Assembly: GCA_004431415.1 (NCBI GenBank)
Contig: QPMI01000521.1
Location: 1 to 64,000, forward strand
DNA from: Cyanophora paradoxa CCMP329
Lineage: Eukaryota; Plantae; Glaucophyta
Reading direction: 5' to 3'
DNA length: 64,000 nt
Shown here: piece by piece, positions 9,321-21,535 of the stretch
Layout of the letters: each line of letters opens with the position of its first letter
How positions within the stretch are numbered: the stretch's first letter is position 1
Notes under the pieces: model-generated
The model's input: only the letters and a program-made list of their open reading frames with translations
Told to the model about the DNA's origin: nothing
Database searches by the model: none
Translations under genes and position numbers: made by a program

Positions 9321-12300
9321 AATCATCAAAGAGAAGAAAAACGAAATACTCGGTCTTTTAGGAACCCTTTTAGTTACTGGTGATATTACAGAATTCGAAT
9401 ATGATCGCCAGGCAGCAATCTTGGATAGGAGACCAAGGTTATCTCAACTCACAGAAATTACAAATCGCCTCTATGATCGTTTTGAGAAAATGGAGGATTT
9501 CAGGGATGAAGGTTTAAGGTTGGGAACAATTGAACCCGAGATTGAGGATGGGGAAGCAATGAACAAAGCATATTCTTGGTTAACCTATCGAGCAAGAGGG
9601 GAGGTTATCCAAGATGGGATTGAATTCTTGGAGAGAATTGCACCCACTCTACCTCAGAGACTCAGACAGAAACTCCAAGACCTGAGAGCAATTGAGACTC
9701 GGTTGACCTTCATTTGTAAATTCACCAAAGTGAGTGATCCAAGGGTGTGGATCACCAAATTCATTTACAGTGATTACTTTGTCATCACAAGATCACGAAA
9801 TATTGATGTTGAACTGCGAAATGCCCTTCAATCCATGCAGGAGCAGATGATGCAAGTTGACAGTTACAGACTGGATCGCATTGAGATGCTCAGAGTAGTA
9901 ATAATGTCCTATGCTCCTGTGGGTGGTTGCTTCTTCTCAACACCTGAGTGGATTGGATTAAAGAGAGCAACTGTGAATGTGAAGAATATTGATGGTCAAG
10001 ACTGCTTCAAGTATGCAATCTTGGCTTACCTGCACCGAAATGATATTAATAAACACAAGAGCAATGAACCCAGCCAGTATAGAAGATGGTTGAACGAACT
10101 CAATTTCGAGGGCATCCAATTTCCAGTTGCCTGTGATGCAGAGGTGATTGATCGATTTGAGGAGCAGAACCCTGAACTGAGTATCAACATTTATGGGGCA
10201 GATAATACTGCACAGTGTTTCTATCCTCTCCACCAATCCAGCAACCCCAGGAGAAAGACCAAGATTAACCTTTTATTAATCGAAAACGAAGAGGATGATA
10301 GAGGGCATTATATCACCATCATGTCTCTGAGTAGACTTCTGAAAACCACCTTTGATAAAGCCCATGATGGTCGCATTTATTACTGTGAGACCTGTCTGTC
10401 TCGTTTCAGAACTCAGGAGAAGCTGGATGTACATATAGAAGCGAATCGCTGCATTGATTGGAGGGAGAGCAAAGGTAAATGCCCGAAATCTGGAAGTCAC
10501 ATTGCATTTGGTCTGCAACACCTTCGCAAAACTGTGTGGCTTCCCGCTATCTGCTATGTGAAAATGGATAGTCACTCGGTTCCAATTGATGAGAACCGCA
10601 GTAAGAGAGAGGTAAAATCGGTTTCTCTAACAGTTGTGATGGGGGATGAGGTGATCTCTCATTATTTTGATGGATCAGATCCCCTTGGTGCTCTGTTTAC
10701 CACTCTCACAGAGATCAGACCCAAGTAATTCGCACTCTATTCACCAATATTCCCATGCATCCACTCACAGAGGAGCAGAAAGCACAATACAAGATCACTA
10801 AACACTGTTATATCTGTGCTGAACGATTTACCCATGAGAATTTCCCAGTGAGAGACCATTGTCATCAATCAGGAGCTTTTATTGGAAAAGCATGCCGAAA
10901 CTGCAACCTCCACAGGAGAATCTCAAAGCAAACGAAAGTAGCAATTGTGGTGGATCACATGGATGAATGTGGACACGAAATATTCCGCAAAATTGCACAG
11001 CAAGATGATAAACTTCGTGTTGAGATCCTGAGCAAGAATTTCGATCAATACCTCTCTCTGCAATGGGGCATGTGGAAATTCATAGATGCTTCGCACTTCA
11101 TGGACTTCCAGGCAGTGGATGCAAGTGATCTAATGGGTAAATTCCAGAAATTCCGAGAATTGGCGTTTTCCCAATATGGATTAGATCCTGCCCATTATGT
11201 TTCGGCTCCTGGATTGTCCTGGGATGCAATGCTAATTTACACCAGAGCAAAGATCGAGCAGATCAGTGATGTAGGGCAATAAGAATTTATTGAGAGGGCA
11301 ATTCGAGGTGGGTTTGCTACAATGCCTACTCGATATGCAAAGGTGGAAAACCCAGATGACCATATAGTTCTCTTGGATGCAAATAATCTGTATGGTTATG
11401 CTCTCATTCAAGAACTGCCCATTGGAGATTTTCGTTGGGAAGATGTCACAGAGGCACTTAAAGAGACCCAAGGACGAAGTGCCTTTATTGAAGTTGACCT
11501 GGAATACCCACAAACTCTCACAGATCATTACGATTTTCCACTTGTAGTTAATAAAGAACATGTCACCACCGAAATGCTGGGTGGGTATCAACAAAAACTA
11601 CTGGATATCACAGGTGAGAAGATAAGCAAAGACCCCAAACTCACAGCAACATTCTCGCCCAAAAACAACTATGTGATTTCCCAACCTCTCTTGATCTATC
11701 TTGTGAGCAAAGGTATTATAATCACGAAGGTTCACAGGGTTCTCTCATTTGCAACCTCTGCATTTATGAAGAGTTATATTGATCTAAATACGAAACTGAG
11801 GCGCCAATCTATGTCCAGATTCGAGAGTGACTTCTTTAAATTAATGAACAATGCAATCTATGGTAAATGCCTCGAATCATGCAGGGGTCGCTCTGTGGTT
11901 AAGATTGCTAACAGTGAGAAACTCTGCAAGAAATATGCTGCAAGTCCACTCATCAAGGCAACCAATGTATTAAACGAAAAAGCTGTTGCCTTTGAGATGT
12001 ACTCAAAGCATGTTCACTTAGATAAACCTGTTGCAATTGGTGCTTTTGTGCTGGATTTCGCGAAACTCCATAATAGCAGGTTCTTTTATGATGTGGTGAG
12101 GAGAACTTGGGAAACAGCAGAGCTACTATTCCATGATACAGATTCTTTCTGTCTACTGCTGCATACAAATGATCTAAATAATGAGATGAAGCGAATTTCT
12201 GAACACCTGGATTGCAGTAATTATGATACTGCCCACCCTCTCTATGATAGGAGAAATCGCTTGATTCCAGGTAAATATAAAAACGAGTTTCCCAATGCAA

Positions 12301-12581
12301 AGATTGTGGAGTATGTAGGTCTGAGATCGAAACTCTATGCTTTCAGAACTGAGACCTTTGATAAAATAAAAATGTCTGGGACTTCCTCCAAAGAGGTTCA
12401 CTTTGATGATTTCAAAAGATGCTTGTTTGAAGGAATCACCAAAACAGTAGCAGTAGTAAACAAGCGAAGACAAGACCACAACCTATATGATTTGGAGAGC
12501 AGAAGGGTGGCTCTAAACCAACTCGATAGCAAAAGGAAGATATTAGACGATGGAATTCACAGCATTCCATTTGGGCTCTAA
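9301..12581 (+). pseudogene. Protein-primed-type family B DNA polymerase with vOTU-like and endonuclease-VII-like Zn domains (frameshift ~10723, in-frame TAA 11280)
   Basis: DCFKYAI...GHY; CYIC...RDHCH...CRNCN; AIRGG, LDANNLYG, KLMNNAIYGK, HDTDS, GLRSKLY. Confidence 0.9.
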
Positions 12582-12764
12582 TCTACTTCATCAATCTTTC
12601 TTTTTCTTTGGTTTCGCTCTCCAAGAAGTAACAAACCGCGAATTAAATGCAGCAGCCATATACATCTTAATCCTGGATCATTGGGCTCAATTGCAAAGTA
12701 GTTGGGAATTGTGTTCTCCTTCCACACAGAGTCTTGCATTTATTATATGAGAGATAAGGTAAAG

Positions 12765-14259
12765 ATGCCTTCTACACAAATAGGATTGAGACAACCACCC
12801 AGAATTGTTAGAAAAGAAGCAATTGAAGATCGAGGAATATTCTGCCCATCACAGTTCCAGTGGAGGAGAAGAGCAGTCGAATATTAAAAAGATCAGAGAT
12901 GGTCAAGCAATTAATTCCAGAGACCCTCCCAGCTGAGACAGCACCAAAAGAGTCGAAGATTGCTAAGAAGTTCTATGATCCCAGAACAGGTTACAAGGGA
13001 TTTACTGCAATGAGACAGGAACTACCAGAGGAGAACTACAAGAAAATGAGAGAATGGTATGATAAGCAGGAGGTTGTCCAAATTAATGCACCTACCCTAT
13101 CTCGAAAGAGAGATCCCATGATTCCAATTAGGCAACCCCTTGATACATATGTGATTGATCTGCTCTTCTTTCCTGCATACAAAAAGCAGAATGATGGTTA
13201 TGATACATTTATGAGTGCAATGGAATCAACCCTAAGAACTGGGTTCATCATTCCAATGAGAGACAAGAGTGCTCTTACTACACTTGCAGCATTCAAGCAA
13301 CTTGAACAGAGAGTCCCCAGACCAATTGTTCGCATTCAGAGTGATAGTGGAAGCGAATTTACCAATGTCTTATTCACAGATTATCTGGGAACCAAATTCA
13401 TTGAGCATCAACTAAGTGATGTTGCAGATCACAGAACCCAAGGTCGGATTGAAGCCTTTAACAGACAGATCAAGAGATTAATCACAAACTACTGCATTGC
13501 AAATAATACTGCACGATTTTTTGATGTGTTGGGTGATATTGAGTATAATTATAATAATACCATTCACTCTGCAACCAAGAGAAAACCAGCAGAGACCACA
13601 GAAGCCCACTACAAAGAGATTGTGAATATGGAGGATCAGAGATTCAAGAAATCGATTGAGTATCTTGATGCTCTGAAACCTGGAATGTTTGTGAGAGTGA
13701 AAGTTGAAAAGAACCCATTTGCAAAGCAGGGAGTTAATTGGTCTCGAATTGTTTATAGTGTGGAGGGCAGAGAGGGCTTCAAGTTCAGAATCAGAAGTCC
13801 CAGTGGTGAGATAGTTGATGGTAGATTCGCTTTTCATGAACTGCTGCCCATTAAAGGCGTTGAGTATCATGAAACTCCCACAGTGGATGCTCTTGAACAG
13901 GCAAAGGAGGAAGCCAGGGTTGATTCAGCAATCAGAAAGGAGGGCATAGAAAAAGCAAGTGAAGTACCAAAAGAACCCTTACAGAAGCAAGAGCACAAAA
14001 GAAGGGTAGAGTAGAGAAAGAATTAAAGAAGTTGACCATAGCAGGAACCAGAAATTATCAGAAGTTAACAGTCAGAGATGGTATAATGACTTTTCAACCA
14101 CCAAGGAAACATATACTGCACCCCAAACTCGATTCAATCTACGAAGTGGGCAGAGGAAATAGATTAACAACGCTTTCGGAATCTCTTAGACCTCTGGCGA
14201 ATTTTTCTCATTTGTCTATCTTTTTCAAGAATTTCCAAGAAGAAAGTTTCAAGGTTTGA
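12765..14259 (+). pseudogene. Retroviral-like (rve) DDE integrase of Polinton type (frameshifts ~12835 and ~14010)
   Basis: YVIDL, IQSDSGSEF, RIEAFN, YNNTIHS, SH3-like PGMFVRV. The tail (KKLTIAGT) matches the element 2 integrase once a 5-bp TAGAG duplication is removed. Confidence 0.88.
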
Positions 14260-14406
14260 AACCAGTTGGTAATTATAAACAAAGAACAGTCTCACATGCT
14301 CTGGCTGTGACATGAAGAAATTGTAATAGAAAGCAGTTTTGAAATCATGGATCCAGTCTGATTGGGCAGCATGGATGATAGCAGGGTCTTGGTAGATGGG
14401 ATCCAT
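14164..14406 (-). CDS. Small hypothetical viral protein (MDPIYQ...)
   Basis: ORF preceded by AAAATTGACAAGG on the - strand. Confidence 0.4.
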   Translation of the reverse strand: MDPIYQDPAIIHAAQSDWIHDFKTAFYYNFFMSQPEHVRLFFVYNYQLVSNLETFFLEILEKDRQMRKIRQRSKRFRKRC

Positions 14407-14433
14407 AGCAGAAGTTGAGAGAATCCAGGAAGT

Positions 14434-14446
14434 CCTTGTCAATTTT
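14434..14446 (-). promoter_or_regulatory. AAAATTGACAAGG early promoter motif
   Basis: Reverse complement of CCTTGTCAATTTT, ~30 nt upstream of ATG 14406. Confidence 0.55.
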
Positions 14447-14570
14447 TTATTTTGTTAGTGCCCGATCTCGACGAAACCTGATAGCCGCTGGCGAGAGGAT
14501 TCCGAATCTGCTTTCAGAATTGAAAACGGAGCAGTTGGTAATAAAATACATATGTATGACCGAGATTGAT

Positions 14571-14680
14571 GGAGTTTCAGTGAAGTTTCGGTGAAGTTTC
14601 GGTGCGAAGTTTCGGTGAAGTTTCGTAGCGAAGTTTCTATGAAGTTTCGGTGAAGTTTCGGTGAAGTTTCGGTGAAGTTT
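14571..14680. repeat. 11-bp tandem repeat (GAAGTTTCGGT)n
   Basis: About 9-10 imperfect units read directly. Confidence 0.9.
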
Positions 14681-14827
14681 TGAGTGACGTCATGAGTGTC
14701 GTTTCGGTTCGCGAACAATTAAGTGGACATGGCGGCGTCCCGTCGTTTTTTTGAAAAGGTGTCCTCGAAAATCGTGCCCCGTCACTTTCGTGAACCGGTG
14801 TCCTCGAAAATATATCTTATCCTGATG

Positions 14828-15063
14828 AAAAAAATTGGTTGCGCGTCATCGCAACCATCATCGCAACCATGGTTGCATCATCGCAACCGTCATCGCAACC
14901 ATGGTTGCATCATCGCAACCAGGTCGCGCAACCACTCAATCGGAAAAAAATTGGTTGCGCATCATCTCAATAGTTAAAAAAATGGTTGCGCGCAACCAGC
15001 GCAACCATGGTTGCATCATCGCAACCATCATCGCAATCGCAACCATGCAGGTCGCGCAACCAC
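14828..15063. repeat. CATCGCAACC/GGTTGCG satellite-like repeats
   Basis: Three blocks starting AAAAAAWTGGTTGCGC with multiple CATCGCAACC units. Confidence 0.85.
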
Positions 15064-15520
15064 TATGACGTCATGACATCACATGTTTCATGATATATAT
15101 ATACACCATACATTTCGTGTGACCCTGAGCCCCAGAGTCGCCGACCGATCGCGACCAATCCGCTATTTTGTGGTCAAAATGTATATTTGCGCATATATAC
15201 TTGACGGTTCGCGTTACTACTGTCGGCATCGCGTAACGTTCCCACTGTGGGGCTTTCGGCATCTTCAAACGCTTGTATCTCACCACCAGATCATCAGATC
15301 GTGACCGTCAACATAGCGCTGGAAAGCGCTTGCAAAGACCTACACGATGGTGTAGGTATCAAGTACATATACGTATATATTACATACAAATATTTCGAAA
15401 AAACGATTAATCGGCTACTTTCTACTGTAAGGAACATACAGTAAAATAATGCGAAAATACAGTAGCTACTGTAAAAAATCGCCATAATCTGGTGCACCAT
15501 ACATCAGAAGTCCTGATGTA

Positions 15521-17061
15521 TCATACACTTCGAATAAATGCACCTGTGACATCCACTCTCATAGTTGGGGCATTTATATATACAATTGGATAAATACGAA
15601 TAAACCTTGTCCTCAGAGGGTAGCCAATATAGAAAACGTCTTTAATAGAGGTGGGATACCCAGAACTGTATGAGACATCACCACTGTTATGGGCATTATT
15701 AATTGTTTCACACATGAACACTCTATTCACACCTTCATACTTGATAAATGACCAGGAAACACCATCTTGTGAGGTTGCAACATTGAAGGTCTTAACAAAG
15801 GCATTGGTCACACCAGACCCATATGCAATTATAGATGCTACCTCATATATATATGGGAAGGATACTTGGAGATACTCAGTGGGAACACTCCATATCCCAT
15901 CAGGAGCAGATGCATTTGCCTCCCAACCTGTTAAAGAAGGTCTTGCTTTAAATGCCTCCCTTCCAATTTTTGATGATGAAGCAGTGAAAGCACCATCTGA
16001 TAGAAGATACCAGTTAGCATCAATGGGAGGTATGTTATTCAGAGTTGATGATATATAGAACCTTGCAGGGTTCTTGATTTCATAATTTGCAACCAGTAAA
16101 TCACAGAGTCTATCAATCATCACAGTGTTTGCTGCTATATACATTTCGGTTGCATCTATCATATCAGGGATCTTAGAGGTATCATCCAGGGAGTTTACTA
16201 TGGTCTTTGGAAGTGGGACAGAGAGTCTATAATATCTTGCATATCCCTGATCATCATTATATGGGAGAAACTCTTGCATCTTTTCCAGGGCTGAGAGTTC
16301 ACTTGCAGCCATCAACATATTAATTAATGGACTCCCAGAGGTCGAAGCAATCCATGAGAGAATGCCCCAGCTGTTGACATCTTCATAGGAAGATCCCACA
16401 TTTGGGGCATCTGTTTCATTGACCTCACCACAGGATATACTGATCACAATTATATCATCATCATCATCATAGATCTTTTTAGCATGGCTGTAACCACATA
16501 CACTGGGATTGTTGTTACCTGATATTGCACCATCAATTAGAGACATCCCATCATAGTTCACAGGTGAGAAGTAAGTAGGTGCAGCAGAGGTGGATCTTGC
16601 AGCAATCTTGCTGGGATGGATTTGTAGGAATTATCATTGGTGATAAAGATGGGCTTCATGCTCACAGTGTCAAAACTGGTGATCACCACATCTTTCAGAG
16701 AGTCTTGAATGAGAGACTCACCAGTAACAGTGAGAATGGCTGTCTCCAATGGGGTCACATCATACTTGGTGTTGAAGAGGGCATTATCTATTATATTTCG
16801 GGGATTTGCAAAGATTAAAGGCAGTTGATTGAGATAAGTGGAATGCAAATCGGTTGCAGTGAGTTTAGGTTCGTTTGGAAATTCGGGATTTTTCACATTG
16901 AGACCAATAGCAATTATCCCACCAGTGGATGTACCACTCACCAGGTCAACAAGGTCAATTACTCTTTTTCCTGTTCGAGTTTCGATTTCTTTTAGCAATC
17001 TCGTAATAATTATACCACGAGCTCCCCCACCTGAGAGACTGAGAATTACACGAAGGGGCAT
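15521..17061 (-). pseudogene. Patatin-like phospholipase fused to an F5/8 type C (discoidin) domain (one frameshift ~16600)
   Basis: LSGGGARG, GTSTG, DGA; C-terminal TASSS...YLQVSF...SQDGVSW...RFIRIYP...MRVDVTG. Homologue at 59957-61441 is a single ORF. Confidence 0.88.
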
Positions 17062-17110
17062 CTTTACTTTACTCAAATTTAATAAATCTCTATAAGTAAA
17101 GTGAACAGGG

Positions 17111-20100
17111 ATGAGTTTCAATTACCCAGCAAACCTGCAAACCATTCCCTCATCAGGAAGAGGGAAGGCAGATAACAAACATGTAAATTTCGATAACTTG
17201 ACAGCCAGAGGGTCAATCTCAATTGACCACAGTGCAGATGAACCCTCAAAGACTCACCCAAGAATGCATGCACTTTCAATAAACGAAATGGATCCCGAAA
17301 AAGAGGATGTGAGTGTTGCTTTCAGCATGGGAAATGTGAAATCGAATCAGGTAGCCCAGATTAAAGCAACCAGGAGCAGACCAAGAAAACTGAAAACCAG
17401 TGGAACCCATCCAGATATTCCAACTCGATTCGATAGTGGTAGGTTAATATTCAATGTTCAAAATGAGAAGGGTGGGCATCAGAGTGGTTTAAGAATCTAT
17501 AATGAAGGATCAAATGCAATTGCACAAATTCCCGAAATATTACAGATAGCCCCCCATGGAGAAACCAACAAAATCGAGTTCACTAACAATGTTTATCCAA
17601 GGGATATTGTGGCGAATTCGGCTTCTAATGCACAATTCGGTTTCCAACTACCTGGTGATACAGCAAAGAATAAGGCGTCTATCACTGTCAACAGTAGCCC
17701 CACTCAACCAGTAACAGTTCATTTACACCCAGACCTTGTCGAAATGGATAGGCACCTTTTACCTTTGGTCACCAACACCAAAGATCTTGGTATCAGAACC
17801 AGGCAATGGCGAAATATCCATGGAAGCAATGTGTATGCAAATGGTGAGAAACTGGTAAGTGAGAAGACCATAAGAGAGATCTTTGAATATTATGGACCTA
17901 ATGGACCTGTCCCAGTTCCCTTTCCTCTTCCATGGGATCCACCAGATTTAACACCCAAAAAGCAACCAGGAAGAGAGTATACAGCAGATGAGACAGTTCC
18001 CTTTGGGCAGCACATTGTGAGTTGGGAGCAGGTTCGAAATAAACCGATAATTGAACCAAGAAAGCAAATTGATGAGCAATATTTACCTCCCGAAATCGAT
18101 ATATTGGAGCTTGATGATTACTACTTCGTCCCAGATGAGGAGGAATACCTACCAGACGGTTTTGACCCACAGGAATATGAGTATGATCAATATGACCCCA
18201 ATGAGGAAGAGTATTTACCAGATGGTTTAGATCCACAAGAGTATGAATATGAGCAGAATTATGAACCCCATGAGGAATATTTAGCAGATGGTCTCGAACC
18301 ACCAGTTGTGGATTATGAGCAACCATATGAACCCCATGAAGAATTATTACCAGATGGATTTCGCCCAGAGATTTGGGAATTCTTCCCAGATTGGGAGCAG
18401 ATCAACAATAAACCAGCCAGATTTCCACCAGAGGATCACAACCATGACTGGGATGAGATATTAGGTAAACCAGACAAATTCCCACCAGAGGATCACAGGC
18501 ATGACTGGGGTGATATTGATGGAAAACCAGAAGAGTTTCCACCAGAAGATCACAGACATAAATGGAGCGAAATAGATGAACAACCAAAATTCGCATCAGC
18601 AGGTGATGATTTCGACACCTTACATGGTGTTACTCTCTACCAAAGTAATATCATACCAGAGAGATTAAGATTAGATGAATATTACCTGAATCTCAAAGGA
18701 ATAGATGCAGGAACCAAAATGCAGGGTGAATTATACATCAGACCCCTACAAGGATGCAGATAATTGCAGCAGGCGGAAATTTCGGTTTGATGGACACCAA
18801 ACCAGGTATCTATTTAACCAGTTACTATGCAGATGACATCCCAATGACAGGAGGATTGATCTCTCTACCATCTGATCCAGCAAACTATGATGACAAAGAT
18901 GCAGCAATCCAAATTAATGTAACTGATGTTAGTGACTTAGATAGTTCAAGACCCAAATTAATATTCAGCAGAGAGAGATTGTTACCCAATGCTCTCATTG
19001 GAAATCGAGATGACTACAAGAGATGCGAAATCTCATGGATAAAAACGAATTATAATGGTGGAGTTGGTGAGGGAGTTTTAGAAATCAATCAAAGGGCAGC
19101 AGCAAAGAATATTCACAATGAGACCATATCAAGAGTGGTAACAGAGGATTACCTTCAAGCCCAAAACTACATAGATGAAACAGAACTGAATACAATTATT
19201 GCAGGTATTAATATTGGTGTGACAGGTGATTACCTCCCTCTCACAGGTGGAATAATTGATGGAACAGTGACAGCATGTAACTTCTTTGTCCACACTGAAA
19301 GTAATCAAACCTTCCCAGTTGTACATCCAGGAGGTGAGTATGAGATCCCAGATGATCCAGCTATTATGCCCATTAAGATTGACCTACCTTCTGATTATGT
19401 TGGAAGGGGTGAACTGAAAACGATCTCTTTCACAGGAGATTATAATGATCTCCTCAATAAACCCACCCATCCAATTTACACCCTGTTGCATACTCAGGTA
19501 GTTTCCTTGATCTGAATAATAGATCACACACCCACACAAAGGCAGAAATTATAGATTTTGCACACACTCACACCAAATCCCAGATAACAGATTTTGCTCA
19601 CTTCCACACCAGAGCAGATATCACGAATTTCGCTCACACTCATTTTAAATCTGAAATCACAGATTTCGCACACACTCACACAAAGTCACAGATAACAGAT
19701 TTTGCACACACTCACACCAAAGGAGAGATTACAGACTTTGCTCACACCCATGTAAAGAGTGAGATAACAGATTTTGCACACACTCACACCAAAGGTGAGA
19801 TTACAGACTTTGCTCATACTCATACTAAGTCTCAAATTACAGATTTTGCTCACACACACCTTTGGGGAGATATTACAGATCGACCTACTCTTGATCCATT
19901 CACAGCAACCACTATTAGAGCCAACAACACGATGTATGTAGGATCAGGTCAGATTGTAGAACCAGCAGGACCTATGTTTGAAGAAACATGGTTCTTCCAC
20001 AATTCGCAAAATTACTTCGATAAAACCTTACTTGTTCGTGGAAATGCATATGCAAGGAATTTCTATGCTATGAACCCCTCAAATAATGCGACCATCAGTC

Positions 20101-20447
20101 GATGCATTACAGAAGCAGATCTTTCCAGTCAACTCAATGCATATTTTAATGGGAAAATTCAAGCAGGTAAGTATGTTTACACTACTCCTGTTTTAAATTA
20201 CAATAATCTATATGTGTTCAATCTTACTATCTATTTTACCAATGCCTTTGCTTCTCCTCCTGTTGTTACAGCAACTGTAAGGCATGAAGGACAAGAACCA
20301 AATTATCAAGTAACTCCCGTCATTTTTACTGTGAACCTGTTGAATGTTTACAGTAACTATTTCACTTGTGAACTTTTCACTGATCCATATGCAATGAATA
20401 ATTCATCCAAAACTGTAACAATCCATTACATTGCTGTCGCAATTTAA
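17111..20447 (+). pseudogene. Giant fibre protein (~1100 aa) with acidic repeats, HxH tail-fibre repeats and a C-terminal H-lectin/gp53-like head (frameshifts ~18753, ~19480)
   Basis: EEYLPDG repeats, FPPEDHxHxW repeats, HTHTKSQITDFA repeats, FTNAFASPPVV...IHYIAVA. Continuity across 18753 is confirmed by the homologue at 62184. Confidence 0.75.
19527..19886 (+). repeat. Ten 36-bp coding repeats (HTHTKxEITDFA)
   Basis: Translated by hand, in frame with ORF 19932. Confidence 0.9.
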
Positions 20448-20466
20448 CTATTTGATTAATATAAAG

Positions 20467-21513
20467 ATGACCTCTCTATTAGAAATCCCAAACTATGAAC
20501 TTGCAGCCAAATCACTGCACAGCACCTCTCATGGAGTAGTTGATTCAACCCCTGGGTATATTTGTACTGAAACTTCAAGTAATACCTCTTTCACAGAGAA
20601 TAATATACTCAGAGTCAAAGAAATTCGATGTGATAGGAATGGAGGCAAGATAAGAACCACAGGAATTATTATCTCGAATAAAAATCAGGTTCAAGCAGGT
20701 CAAGTAGTCCCAGATTCAGCAATATATGATAATGTAGGTGGATTTACCACAGCACAGATAGTTTCTTTTGGTAACACAAGTAATACTTCCGCTCTTGTAG
20801 TCAAGAGTGGAGGAGCATACTTTGGAGAGGCATTAAAGGTGAATGGAACAGTAACAGCATCCATACTAAATGCTGGAAGTGGAATGTTTGAGAGTCCAAT
20901 AAATTTTGAGGGTGGATATAATGCGAGTAGTTTTTCAGTTGGTGTTGGTGTCTTTTCCACAATGTTAAACACACCTGAAATTGAATCATCGAATGCACTC
21001 AATATCAAGAGAAATGCAGTGGTTACAGCAACCATAAACAATGTTTCCCCTTCAATAAATCTAATTAAATATCTGAAAGCTCCTCACCCTCGGTTTTGTA
21101 TTGTAAATTATTCAACATCAGCAGTTACTGTGGGAACCACATCAACAGCAAGAAGATTCGCTTTTAACAGAACTCTTGTGGATGCAAGCAATAATATCAC
21201 ATTATCCACAGGCACCTTTACAGCACCTGTGTCCGGAATTTATAGATTCTTCTTCATTGTTCAAATGTCAACAGCTTCATCAACAGGGGAGTGTAGAGTT
21301 GCATTTAGAAAGAATGATTTGGCTCTTTCCCCTCAATCGGTTCAAGAATTTTCAACTTACAATGGAAGGCGAAGTGTTCATATGGAGGCTTCTTTTGCTG
21401 TATATGCGAACGAATTTGTGAATGTTATACAAACCTGGACATCGTCCATGCAATATGATGCTACAATACAAGGTATTACCTGTTTTGGGGGGCATCTCAT
21501 CAGTAGATTATAA
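20467..21513 (+). CDS. Spike/fibre paralogue 1 with C-terminal C1q-like domain
   Basis: Shared N-domain (RVKEIRCDRNGG) and GTFTAPVSGIYRF C1q signature. Confidence 0.72.
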   Translation: MTSLLEIPNYELAAKSLHSTSHGVVDSTPGYICTETSSNTSFTENNILRVKEIRCDRNGGKIRTTGIIISNKNQVQAGQVVPDSAIYDNVGGFTTAQIVSFGNTSNTSALVVKSGGAYFGEALKVNGTVTASILNAGSGMFESPINFEGGYNASSFSVGVGVFSTMLNTPEIESSNALNIKRNAVVTATINNVSPSINLIKYLKAPHPRFCIVNYSTSAVTVGTTSTARRFAFNRTLVDASNNITLSTGTFTAPVSGIYRFFFIVQMSTASSTGECRVAFRKNDLALSPQSVQEFSTYNGRRSVHMEASFAVYANEFVNVIQTWTSSMQYDATIQGITCFGGHLISRL

Positions 21514-21535
21514 ACTTTTTGTTGGGAATTTATAG

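Noticed and set aside
7470-11282. In-frame TGA (7470) and TAA (11280) as evidence of an alternative genetic code
   Set aside because: They are two different codons seen once each, and TAA, TAG and TGA all serve as normal stops in neighbouring genes. Point mutation or error is simpler.
15499-15521. 9-bp stem hairpin at the patatin stop as a mimivirus-style polyadenylation hairpin
   Set aside because: It is short and was not seen consistently after other genes.
19527-19886. 36-bp periodic array as a CRISPR or non-coding repeat
   Set aside because: It is an in-frame protein repeat varying largely at synonymous positions, with no spacers.
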